Shown: positions 1-9,420, numbered from the stretch's first letter. The stretch: DNA of 39,336 nucleotides from an uncultured Chloroflexia bacterium (GCA_963720755.1 CAVRGP010000005.1:1-39336), one strand, 5' to 3'. The notes: generated by a model not told the origin, from the letters alone. Numbers and translations: made by a program.

Positions 1-56
1 CGACCGGAGACGTTCACCAGGAACCGAAATGTCCACCACAAGCGTCGCCGGCTCGG

Positions 57-464
57 TCAGGACGCCGCATCCCGCACGCGCGCAGTGTCCACGAACTGCT
101 CGAACCGGACGATCTGTCCGCTGCGCACGACGAAGTGATGGGCGACCCGGCAGTCCAGCTCCTTGCCCGTCACGCGGTGGGTCGCGGTATACCGGGCGAG
201 AACGACGACGTGCTGACCGTCCACGACATAGGTGTCGTCGTGGGCGGTCCAGGCGTCCACTCGCGCCCGAGCGCCTCCATCACGTTCGTCGTGACGCCGT
301 CCGGCGTGCGATACGTCCGCCGAGCGGGAACCCGGCCATCTCGGTCCACTCGACGTCGGCGCCAAGGTTTCCCGGAGCGCCTCCAGGTCTCCCGCCGCGG
401 ACGCGAGGTACTGCCGGCGGACGACGTCGGCGGGCGACGACCGGCCGGATTCGATCAGCCCCAC
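57..464 (-). CDS. SnoaL-like / NTF2-family protein (three apparent 1-nt deletions, net in frame)
   Basis: N-terminus VVRRQYLASAAGDLEALRETL and C-terminus VVLARYTATHRVTGKELDCRVAHHFVVRSGQIVRFEQFVDT are typical of the family. The expected middle (DVEWTEMAGFPLGG / TYRTPDGVTTNVMEALGREW) lies in other frames, with shifts near 358, 317 and 257. Confidence 0.8.
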   Translation of the reverse strand: MGLIESGRSSPADVVRRQYLASAAGDLEALRETLAPTSSGPRWPGSRSADVSHAGRRHDERDGGARARVDAWTAHDDTYVVDGQHVVVLARYTATHRVTGKELDCRVAHHFVVRSGQIVRFEQFVDTARVRDAAS

Positions 465-1260
465 GACATCTCCCCCTTCGCCACCTTGGATCCGGGCCCG
501 CGGCGATCGCGAGGCCGGCGTTCGGGTAGGCCGCGATCAGCGCCGCCTCGAGCGCGGCGCCATCCCGGGAGGTCGCCGCGAGGCTCTCGAAGCGCTCGAG
601 ATACTCGCGGGTATGGCTGATCGCCGTCGTATCGGTGGGGCTACCGCTCGCGCGATGGCCGGCGACGACGAAAGCCGGGGAGAGGGCCAGGAGGTCGTCC
701 AGCACACGGACCCACTCGGCGCGCAGCGCGCTCGCGGCGGCGTCGGCGGTCCAGACGTGGAGGCCCTCGAACAGCAGCACCCCTCCGAAGAGCGAGCGGC
801 TCGCCGGCTCCCACAGGAACCACGAACGATCGCCCAGCAGGTCGCTCCCGCGCCGGACCTCGATCGGCGTGCCGTCGACGGAAAGCATCGTCCCCGTCAA
901 TTCTTCGATCTCGACGAGCCGTGTGGGCAGGTTGGCGCCAAGATCCGCCCAGGCCTTCAGCTTGCCCTCGTAGCTGGTGCGGATGTGGCCGATCACGTCA
1001 GCCGGGGCGACGAACCGCGCGTCCGGGAACGCGTCTGCGATGATCTCGGCGCCGAAGTAGAAGTCCGGGTCGCCGGCGCTGATGACGACGGTGCGCAGCG
1101 TCGTGCCCGAGTCGAGGACGGCGGCCGCGATGCGGTGGCCATCGGCGCGGGTGAACGCGGCGTCGACGACGAGGGCCTCCGTGTCACCGGTCACGAGGAC
1201 GCTCGTCTTGTGGAGCGACGTCGGCGCGCTGTCGAGGATGGAGTAGGTCAGTGTGGTCAT
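455..1260 (-). CDS. MBL-fold hydrolase-like protein (frameshift near 495)
   Basis: ATG at 1260 follows GAGGA. Motifs ALVVDAAF, ISAGDPDFYFG, FGGVLLF and VVAGH are present. The natural C-terminus GSKVAKGEMSWG* (TGA 455-457) is in a shifted frame and overlaps the GTG start of the SnoaL gene. Confidence 0.8.
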
Positions 1261-1356
1261 GGTGTCCTCTGATCGTCTGAGTTGCTGGCTGGCACGGTCA
1301 CCGTAAGACGTCGGACCCCGTGAGTCACGGTCGTGGCGAGGCGTACTATGGTGAAA

Positions 1357-2250
1357 ATGCGACAAGTAGATCGACATGGCATCCGCCCCGTCCAGTTCGC
1401 GCCACGGCACGAGGTCGTGGCTGGGATCGAGGTGCTGACCCTGGAGACGATGCGCCGACGCGCGGGCCTTCGGGAGTTCCTCGGTCCGCAACGCCTGGGG
1501 TTCGACCTCCTCATCCGCATCGACAGCGGCACAGCCGTCCACACGGTGGACCTCGTCGCCTACGACCTCGCCGCTGGCGATTCGATCTGGATCCACGCAG
1601 GCCAGGTCCAGCAATGGGGGGACATCGGCGCGATCGATGGGCCGGTGGTGCTCTTCACACCCCCGGCCCTCGATTTGGATACGCGCCTACGGATCCGCGC
1701 TACGGGCATGGGGCTTCGCAGTCACTTCCCGATGGGACCCGGCGGGTCAGGCCAGGCCCTTGGCTGGTCGTATCTGCGCCACTGTGCAGCGCTCGCCGCT
1801 GGTGTCCCGGAGGCTCTCGGGGCCGCCCTGGTGGCGCGGTCGCTCGCGACGCTGCTCTTGGAGCTGGTGGCCGGGGCGGCTCCCCCTGGGACGGCCGGTC
1901 GCCAACCCGGCGAAGGCTTTCTCCGGCTGCGAGAGGCGATCGAGGACGGCTTCACCACCGAACGCCGCGTTGCGACCTACGCGCGAGGTCTCGGCTACTC
2001 GACCCGCACGCTCGACCGACTCGCACGGACGAACACGGGCATGACCGCGAAGGCCCTGATCGACGAGCGGGTGGTTCTGGAGGCGCAGCGGATGCTCGTG
2101 CACGCCGACGACGCGGTCGCGGCGATCGCAGGTTCCCTCGGGTTCGACGATTCGTCCAACTTCTCCAAGTACTTCACCCATCGTGTCGGCACGACGCCGG
2201 CGGCGTTCCGTCGGCGCGCCAGGGGAGGGAAGGCATCCCGATCCGGGTAG
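1357..2250 (+). CDS. AraC-family transcriptional regulator
   Basis: N-terminal cupin-like ligand domain and C-terminal double HTH (VATYARGLGYSTRTL...IAGSLGFDDSSNFSKYF). The start could be 1348 or 1357; TACTAT at 1344-1349 favours a leaderless 1357. Confidence 0.9.
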   Translation: MRQVDRHGIRPVQFAPRHEVVAGIEVLTLETMRRRAGLREFLGPQRLGFDLLIRIDSGTAVHTVDLVAYDLAAGDSIWIHAGQVQQWGDIGAIDGPVVLFTPPALDLDTRLRIRATGMGLRSHFPMGPGGSGQALGWSYLRHCAALAAGVPEALGAALVARSLATLLLELVAGAAPPGTAGRQPGEGFLRLREAIEDGFTTERRVATYARGLGYSTRTLDRLARTNTGMTAKALIDERVVLEAQRMLVHADDAVAAIAGSLGFDDSSNFSKYFTHRVGTTPAAFRRRARGGKASRSG

Positions 2251-2450
2251 GCGGCCAAGGGGATCTCCGCATGCTCGGGCCTGTGCGCCGCGTCTACGTC
2301 AGTTCATGGCGACGTCTGGGGCATGCTCCCGGCTGAGTTTGGATTCGGCTATCAAAACTCGCAAAAGACAAGGCGAAACGAGAGCTACGAATCGTGGGGT
2401 GGGGGTCGAGAGAGTCGGCTTGGGAGGCAGACGCTTCCCATCCTCGGAGC

Positions 2451-4643
2451 CTAGTCGGACTCGACGTTGCCCGTCGAACCGTCGACCGTGATCCGCATCC
2501 CGGTTCGAAGACGGGACGTGGCGTCTCCACACCCGACGATCGCCGGGATGCCGTACTCGCGCGCGATGATCGAGGCGTGCGATGCGAGGCTTCCGACGTC
2601 GGTCACCACTCCGGCCGCGCGGGTGAAGAGCGGCGTCCAGGCCGGCGCCGTGAGCGGCGCCACGAGGATCTCGCCCGGCTGAAGCTGATCGAACTCCTGC
2701 GGGCCGCGGACGACTCGTGCCAGCCCTGTCGCGCGACCCGGCGACGCGGGCGTGCCCGACACGAGGGCACTGTCCGAGGGGACGGCGCCGACGAGTCGCG
2801 GCATCTTCTCCCACAGCCAATCCATCATCCTGGTCATCCGCCCGACTATCAGTGGGGCCACGAGCTCCGCCTGCTCCTCGCGCCTGGCGCGGCGCTCGGC
2901 GACACTGATGGTGGCGGCCATGCCTGTCCCCGTGAGCGCGGACAGCGCCTCGTCACGAGTCAGGAAGAAGACGTCGTCCGGATCGGCGATGACGCCACGC
3001 GCGGCAAGCGCCTCGCCGATGCGCAGCACCGCTCGCCGCATGACGGGCCATCCGATCGTCAGGCCCGGCACCTGCTCCTCGCGCACCGCTGCAAGATGCT
3101 GGGTGTCCGCGAGCAGCTTGCGGAACGCTCGGAGCCGGCGCGGCGATGACGCAAGGGCTCGATACGCGGCCTCCTCGGCCGCCTGTCGGCTCTCGACCAC
3201 GGCTGCGTGCCGCTCCCTCGCCGTCGCCCCCGTCTCTCCTTGTGGCACAGGGGGATGCCACCAATCGAGCGATACCACGGCGTGCGGTCCGGCATTCATG
3301 AGTGGCGCAACGCCTGCGACCAGCGGGAGGTGGCTGCCGCCGAGTGAGGCGCCCAGGTGGCGGCGATAGAACCGGGCGAGGTTGATCTCGATCTTGAACG
3401 CGCCGCCCGCGAGGGCGGCGATCGAGGTGAAGTATTCGCCGGCCAGATGCGCGAGTCCATCGATCAACGCCGGGAGCTGCGCGACCGGCGTGGTCTCGAC
3501 CTGGCTCTCGGCAGCCGCCACGGCTCCGCGATAGCGCGGCTGAAGGTCCTCGCGCCACTCCCGCTCGAGGATCGGAACGCTGTACTGGACCGTCGGCGGG
3601 AACAGGCCGGCAACACGGCGCGGCGTCCTGATCAAGTGCCAGAGCGTGCCCGGCAGATTGCGAGCGAAGACTCGGGGGGAGAGCCAGTTGATCGAGTAGT
3701 AGTACCAGCCATTGACGACGACGTGGTACGGGCGTGGATCACGTTCGCCAAGCAGTTCCTCGAGAAGAGCGTGCAGCCGGTCCTCCATGGCGGTCAGCAG
3801 CCACGACTCGAAGAGCGGTGTCACCGGCTCGGAGATCCACTCGCCGAAGCGAAACGTTCGGGTGAAGGCGCCATCTGCCGGCGGGTCCCAGGAGACTTCT
3901 CGCGGTAGCGCCGTCATGGGCCTGGCCTGGAGGATCCAGAGCGTGCCGCCACCATCGATCGCCCACTCGATGTCCTGGGGGACCCCGCGCGCCGCCGCGA
4001 TCCGCCGGGCCTCAGTCGCCACCGCGATCGCCTGTCGACGGTCCAGAGCATGCTCGGGCTGACGGCGCACCTTCGCGTCGCCCCCCACGACGACCCATTC
4101 ATCACCGATGGCTTCACCGGACACCAATCGATCGCCCATCCCGCGCACCGCGGAGATGACGGTCGTGCGGCGGTTTCCGGTGATCGGATCGGCGGTCAGG
4201 GCGACGCCCGCAGCGGTCGACGCGACCATGCGCTGGATGATCACCGCCAGGCGGCCGTCGGTCGCGTGGCCGGCCGGGGCGTAGGCCGCGACGCGAGCCG
4301 AATCAGCGCTGGAGATGCTCCGATCCATGGCCGCGGCGAGCTCATCGGGCGAGACGTTGAGCACCGTCTCGTACATGCCGGCATACGAAGCCTCAGATCC
4401 GTCCTCCGAAACACCGCTGGAGCGGACGGCGAACGGTCCCTGGCCGAGCTCGTGGGCAGCGGCGCGCAACAGGGGCCCGCGTTCGCGCGCGGTCATCTCG
4501 ACGGCCGCGGCGGTCAGGACCACGCCATCTGGGACACGCGCCCCCACGGCGATCAGCTCACCGAGACCGGCGGCTTTGCCTCCGACGTCGGCGACATCTG
4601 CCATGCGCACGTCGCCGAGGCGCCGGACCGTGGTGGGGATCAT
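2451..4643 (-). CDS. PEP-synthase-like phosphotransferase (rifampin phosphotransferase domain order)
   Basis: N-terminal ATP-grasp (VGGKAAGL, AVRSS, EDG...YAG, DIEWA, ILQARP), a central helical domain, and a C-terminal phospho-His swivel domain (GSLASHASIIAREYGIPAIVG). Confidence 0.85.
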   Translation of the reverse strand: MIPTTVRRLGDVRMADVADVGGKAAGLGELIAVGARVPDGVVLTAAAVEMTARERGPLLRAAAHELGQGPFAVRSSGVSEDGSEASYAGMYETVLNVSPDELAAAMDRSISSADSARVAAYAPAGHATDGRLAVIIQRMVASTAAGVALTADPITGNRRTTVISAVRGMGDRLVSGEAIGDEWVVVGGDAKVRRQPEHALDRRQAIAVATEARRIAAARGVPQDIEWAIDGGGTLWILQARPMTALPREVSWDPPADGAFTRTFRFGEWISEPVTPLFESWLLTAMEDRLHALLEELLGERDPRPYHVVVNGWYYYSINWLSPRVFARNLPGTLWHLIRTPRRVAGLFPPTVQYSVPILEREWREDLQPRYRGAVAAAESQVETTPVAQLPALIDGLAHLAGEYFTSIAALAGGAFKIEINLARFYRRHLGASLGGSHLPLVAGVAPLMNAGPHAVVSLDWWHPPVPQGETGATARERHAAVVESRQAAEEAAYRALASSPRRLRAFRKLLADTQHLAAVREEQVPGLTIGWPVMRRAVLRIGEALAARGVIADPDDVFFLTRDEALSALTGTGMAATISVAERRARREEQAELVAPLIVGRMTRMMDWLWEKMPRLVGAVPSDSALVSGTPASPGRATGLARVVRGPQEFDQLQPGEILVAPLTAPAWTPLFTRAAGVVTDVGSLASHASIIAREYGIPAIVGCGDATSRLRTGMRITVDGSTGNVESD

Positions 4644-5248
4644 GGCTTACTCCTCATGCCGGCGGCGACGGCCGCCCGGATCACCCAATCGATGTCGTCG
4701 GCTGCCTCCTCGACCGACGAGCCGAGATGGTCGCGCCACAAGCGCAGGGCCGACGAGGAGATCAGGATCGCGAGGACGCGCGCGATCCGAGCCTGATCCG
4801 GCTGAGCGAGATCCGGCGCGATCGCGCCGGCCAGTCGGCGATAGACCTCGAGCCGGGCGGGCATGCCCACCCGCCGGGCCTCTGCCGCCACCGGGCTGGC
4901 CATCGCTGCGCGGGCGAGATCATCGGCCGAATCGAGGCCTTCGAACATCACACGGACGCCGTCCCGAAGTTCGTCGAGCGTCCTCGGGGGCGCGAACTCG
5001 GCGGGGGCGGCACGGCGAACGACATGCAGATATACCGCGGCCAGGAGGTCCTGCTTCGTGGCGAAGTGGCGGTACACGGTGGGGACCGATACGCCCGCTT
5101 CCCGAGCGACCGCTGGGATGGACAGGCTCGCGACCCCGCGAGCCATCACGCTGAGGGTGGCCTCGAGGATGCGGACTCGCGTCGCCTCCGCCTGCGCAGC
5201 TCGCTGTCTGTTGTAGGCGTCCATCGTCCCGGTGCCGATACGAGTCAT
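4640..5248 (-). CDS. TetR/AcrR-family regulator
   Basis: HTH SIPAVAREAGVSVPTVYRHFATKQDLL; ATGA overlap with the downstream phosphotransferase. Confidence 0.92.
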   Translation of the reverse strand: MTRIGTGTMDAYNRQRAAQAEATRVRILEATLSVMARGVASLSIPAVAREAGVSVPTVYRHFATKQDLLAAVYLHVVRRAAPAEFAPPRTLDELRDGVRVMFEGLDSADDLARAAMASPVAAEARRVGMPARLEVYRRLAGAIAPDLAQPDQARIARVLAILISSSALRLWRDHLGSSVEEAADDIDWVIRAAVAAGMRSKP

Positions 5249-5272
5249 CTTGTGACTATATGACTCGTGTCA
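5236..5272. promoter_or_regulatory. Probable TetR operator inverted repeat overlapping the leaderless tetR promoter
   Basis: GATACGAGTCAT-N11-ATGACTCGTGTC (12-bp arms, 1 mismatch) brackets a minus-strand -10 TATAGT (5255-5260) that lies 6 nt before the ATG at 5248. Confidence 0.65.
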
Positions 5273-5376
5273 AACACGTGGCAGGCGGCCGTCGTCACGG
5301 TCCTCCCTTGAGCGTCGACCAACCAGGTGTTGATCGGTCTGATGGGTCGCGTCCGCCTGTCCCCTGGATTGCGTCC

Positions 5377-5979
5377 TCAGCGGGCTCGGGCCTTCCCGAT
5401 GGCGACGTACGCAGCGCACAAGATCACGCCTGACACGAGGGTCGCGATGATCATGACAGCGACCGTCCCATACCCGCCATTCGCAGGGTCGAGGAACGGG
5501 TACGGATACCAGCCGGCGAGGGCGCCCCGGATCATGGTGTAGGTGATCCAGCCGATCGGATAGACCAGCCACAGCAGCCCGTCCCTCATTGACAGCCGGT
5601 TGAGTGGGGGATCGAGGATGAAGTCCGCGACGACGACCACCGGAATGAGCTTGTGGAGGACGAAGTCCACCCATGGGAGCTGAAGCCCGACGTCCACATT
5701 CGACAGGAGAAGGATCACGACCGCGAAGGTGACCGTGAGGTAGACCGACGCCGCGCCTCGCCACCAGTCGACTCGTACGGACCGAGGGTGGCTGCCGCGC
5801 AATGCCAGGACGAGCAGAACGGCTGCTCCGACGAGGTTGCTCTGGATCGTGAAGTAACTGAAGAAATTCACGATGTTCAGGACGCCGGCGTCGGCTGTGA
5901 CCTTGAGCTGCGCCGCGATCGCGACCAGGGTAAGGAGGCCGAAGAAGCCGCGAACCACCGTGGCCGGACGAGCGCTCAC
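5377..5979 (-). CDS. Pr6Pr (FAR-17a/AIG1-like) integral membrane protein
   Basis: Motifs NFFSYFTIQSN, LHKLIPV and YTMIRG...WYPYPFLDP; about 6 TM segments. GTG start lies 6 nt after TATGTT. Confidence 0.85.
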   Translation of the reverse strand: MSARPATVVRGFFGLLTLVAIAAQLKVTADAGVLNIVNFFSYFTIQSNLVGAAVLLVLALRGSHPRSVRVDWWRGAASVYLTVTFAVVILLLSNVDVGLQLPWVDFVLHKLIPVVVVADFILDPPLNRLSMRDGLLWLVYPIGWITYTMIRGALAGWYPYPFLDPANGGYGTVAVMIIATLVSGVILCAAYVAIGKARAR

Positions 5980-6213
5980 GCTTGGAACATAGCACGTCAC
6001 GGAATCGCGAGGCGGTCGACCGCTGGCCGGCGCGCACAGCGGGGCTGCCACCGCGATGCCGAGTTCCGAAGTGACCGGCCAGCTGATGTCGATGATCGAC
6101 ATGTCGATGATGTCGCTGACGCGCTCAACGGTCGTGTCAGAGTAGGCGTGACGCGGGACCGAGAGGATGCGGATCTGGCTCCGGCAGTCCGAGTTTCGAA
6201 GGAGAGATGGGCC

Positions 6214-6654
6214 ATGACCCAGCGTGTCGTCGCAGTTAACGGCGGCCAGGTCTACGACTGGGCTAACGACCGTATCTCGGTCAAGACCCCGGACGCGGCC
6301 ACAGACGGCCGGGTCACAGTCGTCGAGGACACGCTCAAGCCAGGGTTCCACCTGCCTCGGCACTACCACCGCAGCATGGTCGAGGTCTTCTACATCCTCC
6401 AAGGCGAGATCACCTTCGCCTTCGATGAGGCCGTCGTGGTGGCGACTCCCGGGATGACGCTCAACGTCCTGCCGAAGGTTCGCCATGAGGTCACCTGCGA
6501 AGCGGGCGGCAGGCTGCTCACGGTGTTCACCCCCGGCGGGTTCGATCGCTACCTTGCCGAGCTTGCCGGGCTCAGCGAGGCCAAGCTTGCAGACGCCGAA
6601 TTCATGGTGGCCCTGGGGAAGCGATACGACATTTGGCCTGACCCTCCTGCGTGA
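6214..6654 (+). CDS. Cupin domain protein
   Basis: Cupin motifs PRHYHRSMVEVFYILQGE and PKVRHEV; SD AAGGAG upstream of ATG 6214. Confidence 0.85.
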   Translation: MTQRVVAVNGGQVYDWANDRISVKTPDAATDGRVTVVEDTLKPGFHLPRHYHRSMVEVFYILQGEITFAFDEAVVVATPGMTLNVLPKVRHEVTCEAGGRLLTVFTPGGFDRYLAELAGLSEAKLADAEFMVALGKRYDIWPDPPA

Positions 6655-6798
6655 ACGCACCGGGCGCCCGGGACGTCGCCACTCGGGTCCAGGCGCCCGA
6701 ACGCCGTTGGTGACGCGCGTCCGTCTCAGGCAGAACGGAGCGCATCAAGAAGCCCGGGGATCGTGCCGCTGCACGAACCCCGGGCTGGAGAGCGGTGG

Positions 6799-7302
6799 TC
6801 AGACAGTGGCGAGCGGCGCCTCGGCATCGGGCACGGCGGCCGCGACGGCCTCGAGGGCCTCGTCGCTGACGTCGTGGGTTTCGACGGTCCCGCCCATCGC
6901 CGTCATCTTCGCGGTGATCGGCTCGGCTTCGTCGGCCGGCGCCAGGACGCCGACGGCGGCCTTGCCGCCGGCGAGCTCGGCCGTGATCCGCTCACGGTCG
7001 GCCTGGCTGAGGCCGAGGCCCTTGTGGTGGAAGTGACCGATGATCCCGCCGCCGATGACGCCGGCGAGCAGAGTCGGCGGCGCGACGACCGCGAGGACGA
7101 GACCGATCCCGGCTCCCTTCTTGCCGCTCCGCTGGCCGAGCTTGTGCTCCTTGATCTGGCCCTCGTCGTCCAGGACGAGGACGCCGATCGCACCGAGCTC
7201 GATGTCGGCGGATGCATCGTCCATCGCCTTGAGACTCTGCACCGCCATGTCGGCGGCTTCCTCGGCTTCGTAGATGCCGATGATGAGTTGCTGGTCAGCC
7301 AT
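6799..7302 (-). CDS. DUF1269-like membrane-associated protein
   Basis: Pattern LIIGIYE..AA, then a Gly-rich hydrophobic hairpin GAGIGLVLAVVAPPTLLAGVIGGGIIG, then ELAGGKAAVGVL...MGGTV. Confidence 0.7.
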   Translation of the reverse strand: MADQQLIIGIYEAEEAADMAVQSLKAMDDASADIELGAIGVLVLDDEGQIKEHKLGQRSGKKGAGIGLVLAVVAPPTLLAGVIGGGIIGHFHHKGLGLSQADRERITAELAGGKAAVGVLAPADEAEPITAKMTAMGGTVETHDVSDEALEAVAAAVPDAEAPLATV

Positions 7303-7379
7303 ATCGAGCCCTCTCTTTCATGTTCGATTCGTGCCTCGTCGATCCGTACCGTCATCTGGCCGGGACCCGGCGTCCTCGC

Positions 7380-7450
7380 CTTCGTTGCCGAGTGCCTTCG
7401 CCCTGGCCGCCGGGTATTCCTCGTCACTCAGGATCCCCGGGAGATCGCGC
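7380..7450 (-). pseudogene. Possible SHOCT-domain remnant
   Basis: Translation ARDLPGILSDEEYPAARAKAL resembles the SHOCT consensus G.L+..EF...K..LL, but no convincing intact gene surrounds it. Confidence 0.3.
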
Positions 7451-7626
7451 GCGGATGATGGAGCCTTCAGTGAAGGAAGCGACGTTTCGCTCCTGCGCTG
7501 AAGTATGGTGCATCTGGTCATCCGGGGTGATCGGCACCGGGGTCATGGCGCGACCGGCACTCGACCTGATACGGCCGGCACGGGCTACCGAGGCTCCACG
7601 ATGACGTCTCATACCCAGGAGGAGCC

Positions 7627-8289
7627 ATGGATCCGGCGAACCCAAAGCGGGTGACCTTCGTGTATTTCTCCTATACGAAGCAGACCAAGCACGTCATGGA
7701 CGCCATGGCCGACGTGTTCCGTCAGCGCGGTTGGGAGGTTCGGGACGCTCCGATCGCCTTCACCGACAAGCGCTGGTCCGAACGGTTCTCGAAGTTCCCA
7801 TTGCCGATGCTGAGGCTCATCGGCATGTTTCCGCCGCAGCTGCGCGGGGCGACCGGCCAGATCGTGATCCCCGAGGCAGCCGGCCAGGCAGGCTCGGACC
7901 TGGTCGTCTACGGTTCTCCGACCTGGTTCTTCCGGACGAGCATCGCGATGCGGTCGTACCTGAAGTCCGCCGAGGCGAAGAGATTGGTCGATGGAACGTC
8001 CTTCGCCGTGATGGTTGTCTGCCGTCGCTACTGGAGCATCAACGGGAAGAACGTGCGCAAGCGCGCAGAGCAACTGGGCGGCGCCCACGTCGGCACCCAC
8101 AAGTTCACCTTCGAGGGCGGCCAGGTCCGCTCGCTCCTGTCCTTGATCAGCTATCTCACGACGGGTGAGGCGCGCTCGAAGTACATGGGGATCTCGATCC
8201 CACCGGCCAATCTGCGAGATGCCGATCTTGACGCGGCACGAACGCTGGCGGGCCAGCTGATCGAGGGGAGGCCCATCCCGGTCTCGTAG
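7627..8289 (+). CDS. Flavodoxin-family protein
   Basis: N-terminal phosphate-loop-like YFSYTKQT, DLVVYGSPTW and VVCRRYW; strong SD AGGAGG. Confidence 0.75.
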   Translation: MDPANPKRVTFVYFSYTKQTKHVMDAMADVFRQRGWEVRDAPIAFTDKRWSERFSKFPLPMLRLIGMFPPQLRGATGQIVIPEAAGQAGSDLVVYGSPTWFFRTSIAMRSYLKSAEAKRLVDGTSFAVMVVCRRYWSINGKNVRKRAEQLGGAHVGTHKFTFEGGQVRSLLSLISYLTTGEARSKYMGISIPPANLRDADLDAARTLAGQLIEGRPIPVS

Positions 8290-8397
8290 GCGAGATCGCT
8301 CGCGTGATCCGAGTGATGATCCCAGTCGCAGGAGTGTTCTGACATGTCGACGACGAAGGTGAGGGACGGCATCTCTGGTCGTTCGTAGAATGCCTCG

Positions 8398-9420
8398 ATG
8401 AAGAAGATCGGGTTCCTCTCGTTCGGGCACTGGTCGGACTCGCCGCACTCGCAGGTGCGCTCCGGCGCGGACGCGCTCATCCAGTCGATCGAGCTCGCCG
8501 AGGCGGTCGAGGACCTCGGTGCCGACGGGGCGTACTTCCGCGTCCACCACTTCGCCCAGCAGCTCGCGTCGCCGTTCCCGCTCCTGGCCGCGATCGGGGC
8601 GAGGACCAAGCGGATCGAGATCGGGACGGCCGTCATCGACATGCGCTACGAGAACCCGCTGTACATGATCGAGGACGCAGGCGCGGCCGATCTCATCGCG
8701 GGCGGTCGCCTGCAGCTCGGGATCAGCCGCGGCTCGCCCGAGCAGGTGATCGACGGCTTCCGCTACTTCGGCTACGAACCGGCCGACGGTCAGACCGACG
8801 CCGACATGGCGCGCCAGCACACCGAGGTGTTCCTGCAGGCCCTGTCGGGCATCGGGTTCGCGGAGGCCAACCCCTCCCCGATGTTCCCGAACCCGCCGGG
8901 CCTGCTTCGCCCCGAGCCGCATTCGTCCGGCCTGCGCGACCGGATCTGGTGGGGCGCCGGGACACGCGCGACCGCGGAATGGACGGCCCATCAGGGGTTG
9001 AACCTGATGTCGTCCACGCTCCTGACCGAAGACGCCGGCGTGCCGTTCCACGTGCTCCAGGCCGAGCAGATCAGGCTGTTTCGTGAGGCCTGGACTGCGG
9101 CTGGGCATCAGCGCGAGCCGCGGATCTCGGTCAGTCGGAGCATCTTCGCGCTCGTCGACGATCGAGACCGCGCCTACTTCGGTCGCGGTAACCAGGAGTC
9201 GGATCAGGTCGGCTACATCGATGCGCAGACCAGAGCGATCTTCGGGCGTTCGTACGCCGCGGAGCCGGAGGCCCTGGTCCGCGAGCTCGCCAAGGACACC
9301 GCGATCCAGGCTGCGGATACGCTGCTGCTGACCGTCCCGAACCAGCTCGGCGTCGAATACAACACCCACGCGATCGAGGCCATCGTGAAGTTCGTGGCGC
9401 CCGAGCTCGGCTGGCGGTAA
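8398..9420 (+). CDS. LLM-class (luciferase-like) flavin-dependent oxidoreductase
   Basis: Motifs GFLSFGHW, YFRVHHF, IEIGTAVIDMRYENP, LGISRGSPE and IWWGAG. TAGAAT lies 6 nt upstream of the ATG. Confidence 0.92.
   Translation: MKKIGFLSFGHWSDSPHSQVRSGADALIQSIELAEAVEDLGADGAYFRVHHFAQQLASPFPLLAAIGARTKRIEIGTAVIDMRYENPLYMIEDAGAADLIAGGRLQLGISRGSPEQVIDGFRYFGYEPADGQTDADMARQHTEVFLQALSGIGFAEANPSPMFPNPPGLLRPEPHSSGLRDRIWWGAGTRATAEWTAHQGLNLMSSTLLTEDAGVPFHVLQAEQIRLFREAWTAAGHQREPRISVSRSIFALVDDRDRAYFGRGNQESDQVGYIDAQTRAIFGRSYAAEPEALVRELAKDTAIQAADTLLLTVPNQLGVEYNTHAIEAIVKFVAPELGWR

Noticed and set aside
280-1614. 444-aa ORF suggesting a long MBL protein
   Set aside because: The N-terminal 118 aa are antisense to araC and the intergenic region, and the tail is frameshift read-through. 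The real gene is 1260 to 455.
2251-2450. A-rich intergenic stretch that might be an IS end or sRNA
   Set aside because: No terminal repeats, transposase fragment or recognisable RNA structure.
5377-6660. 427-aa and 333-aa overlapping ORFs
   Set aside because: Each is a real short gene (Pr6Pr, cupin) extended through the antisense of the other; a high-GC artefact.
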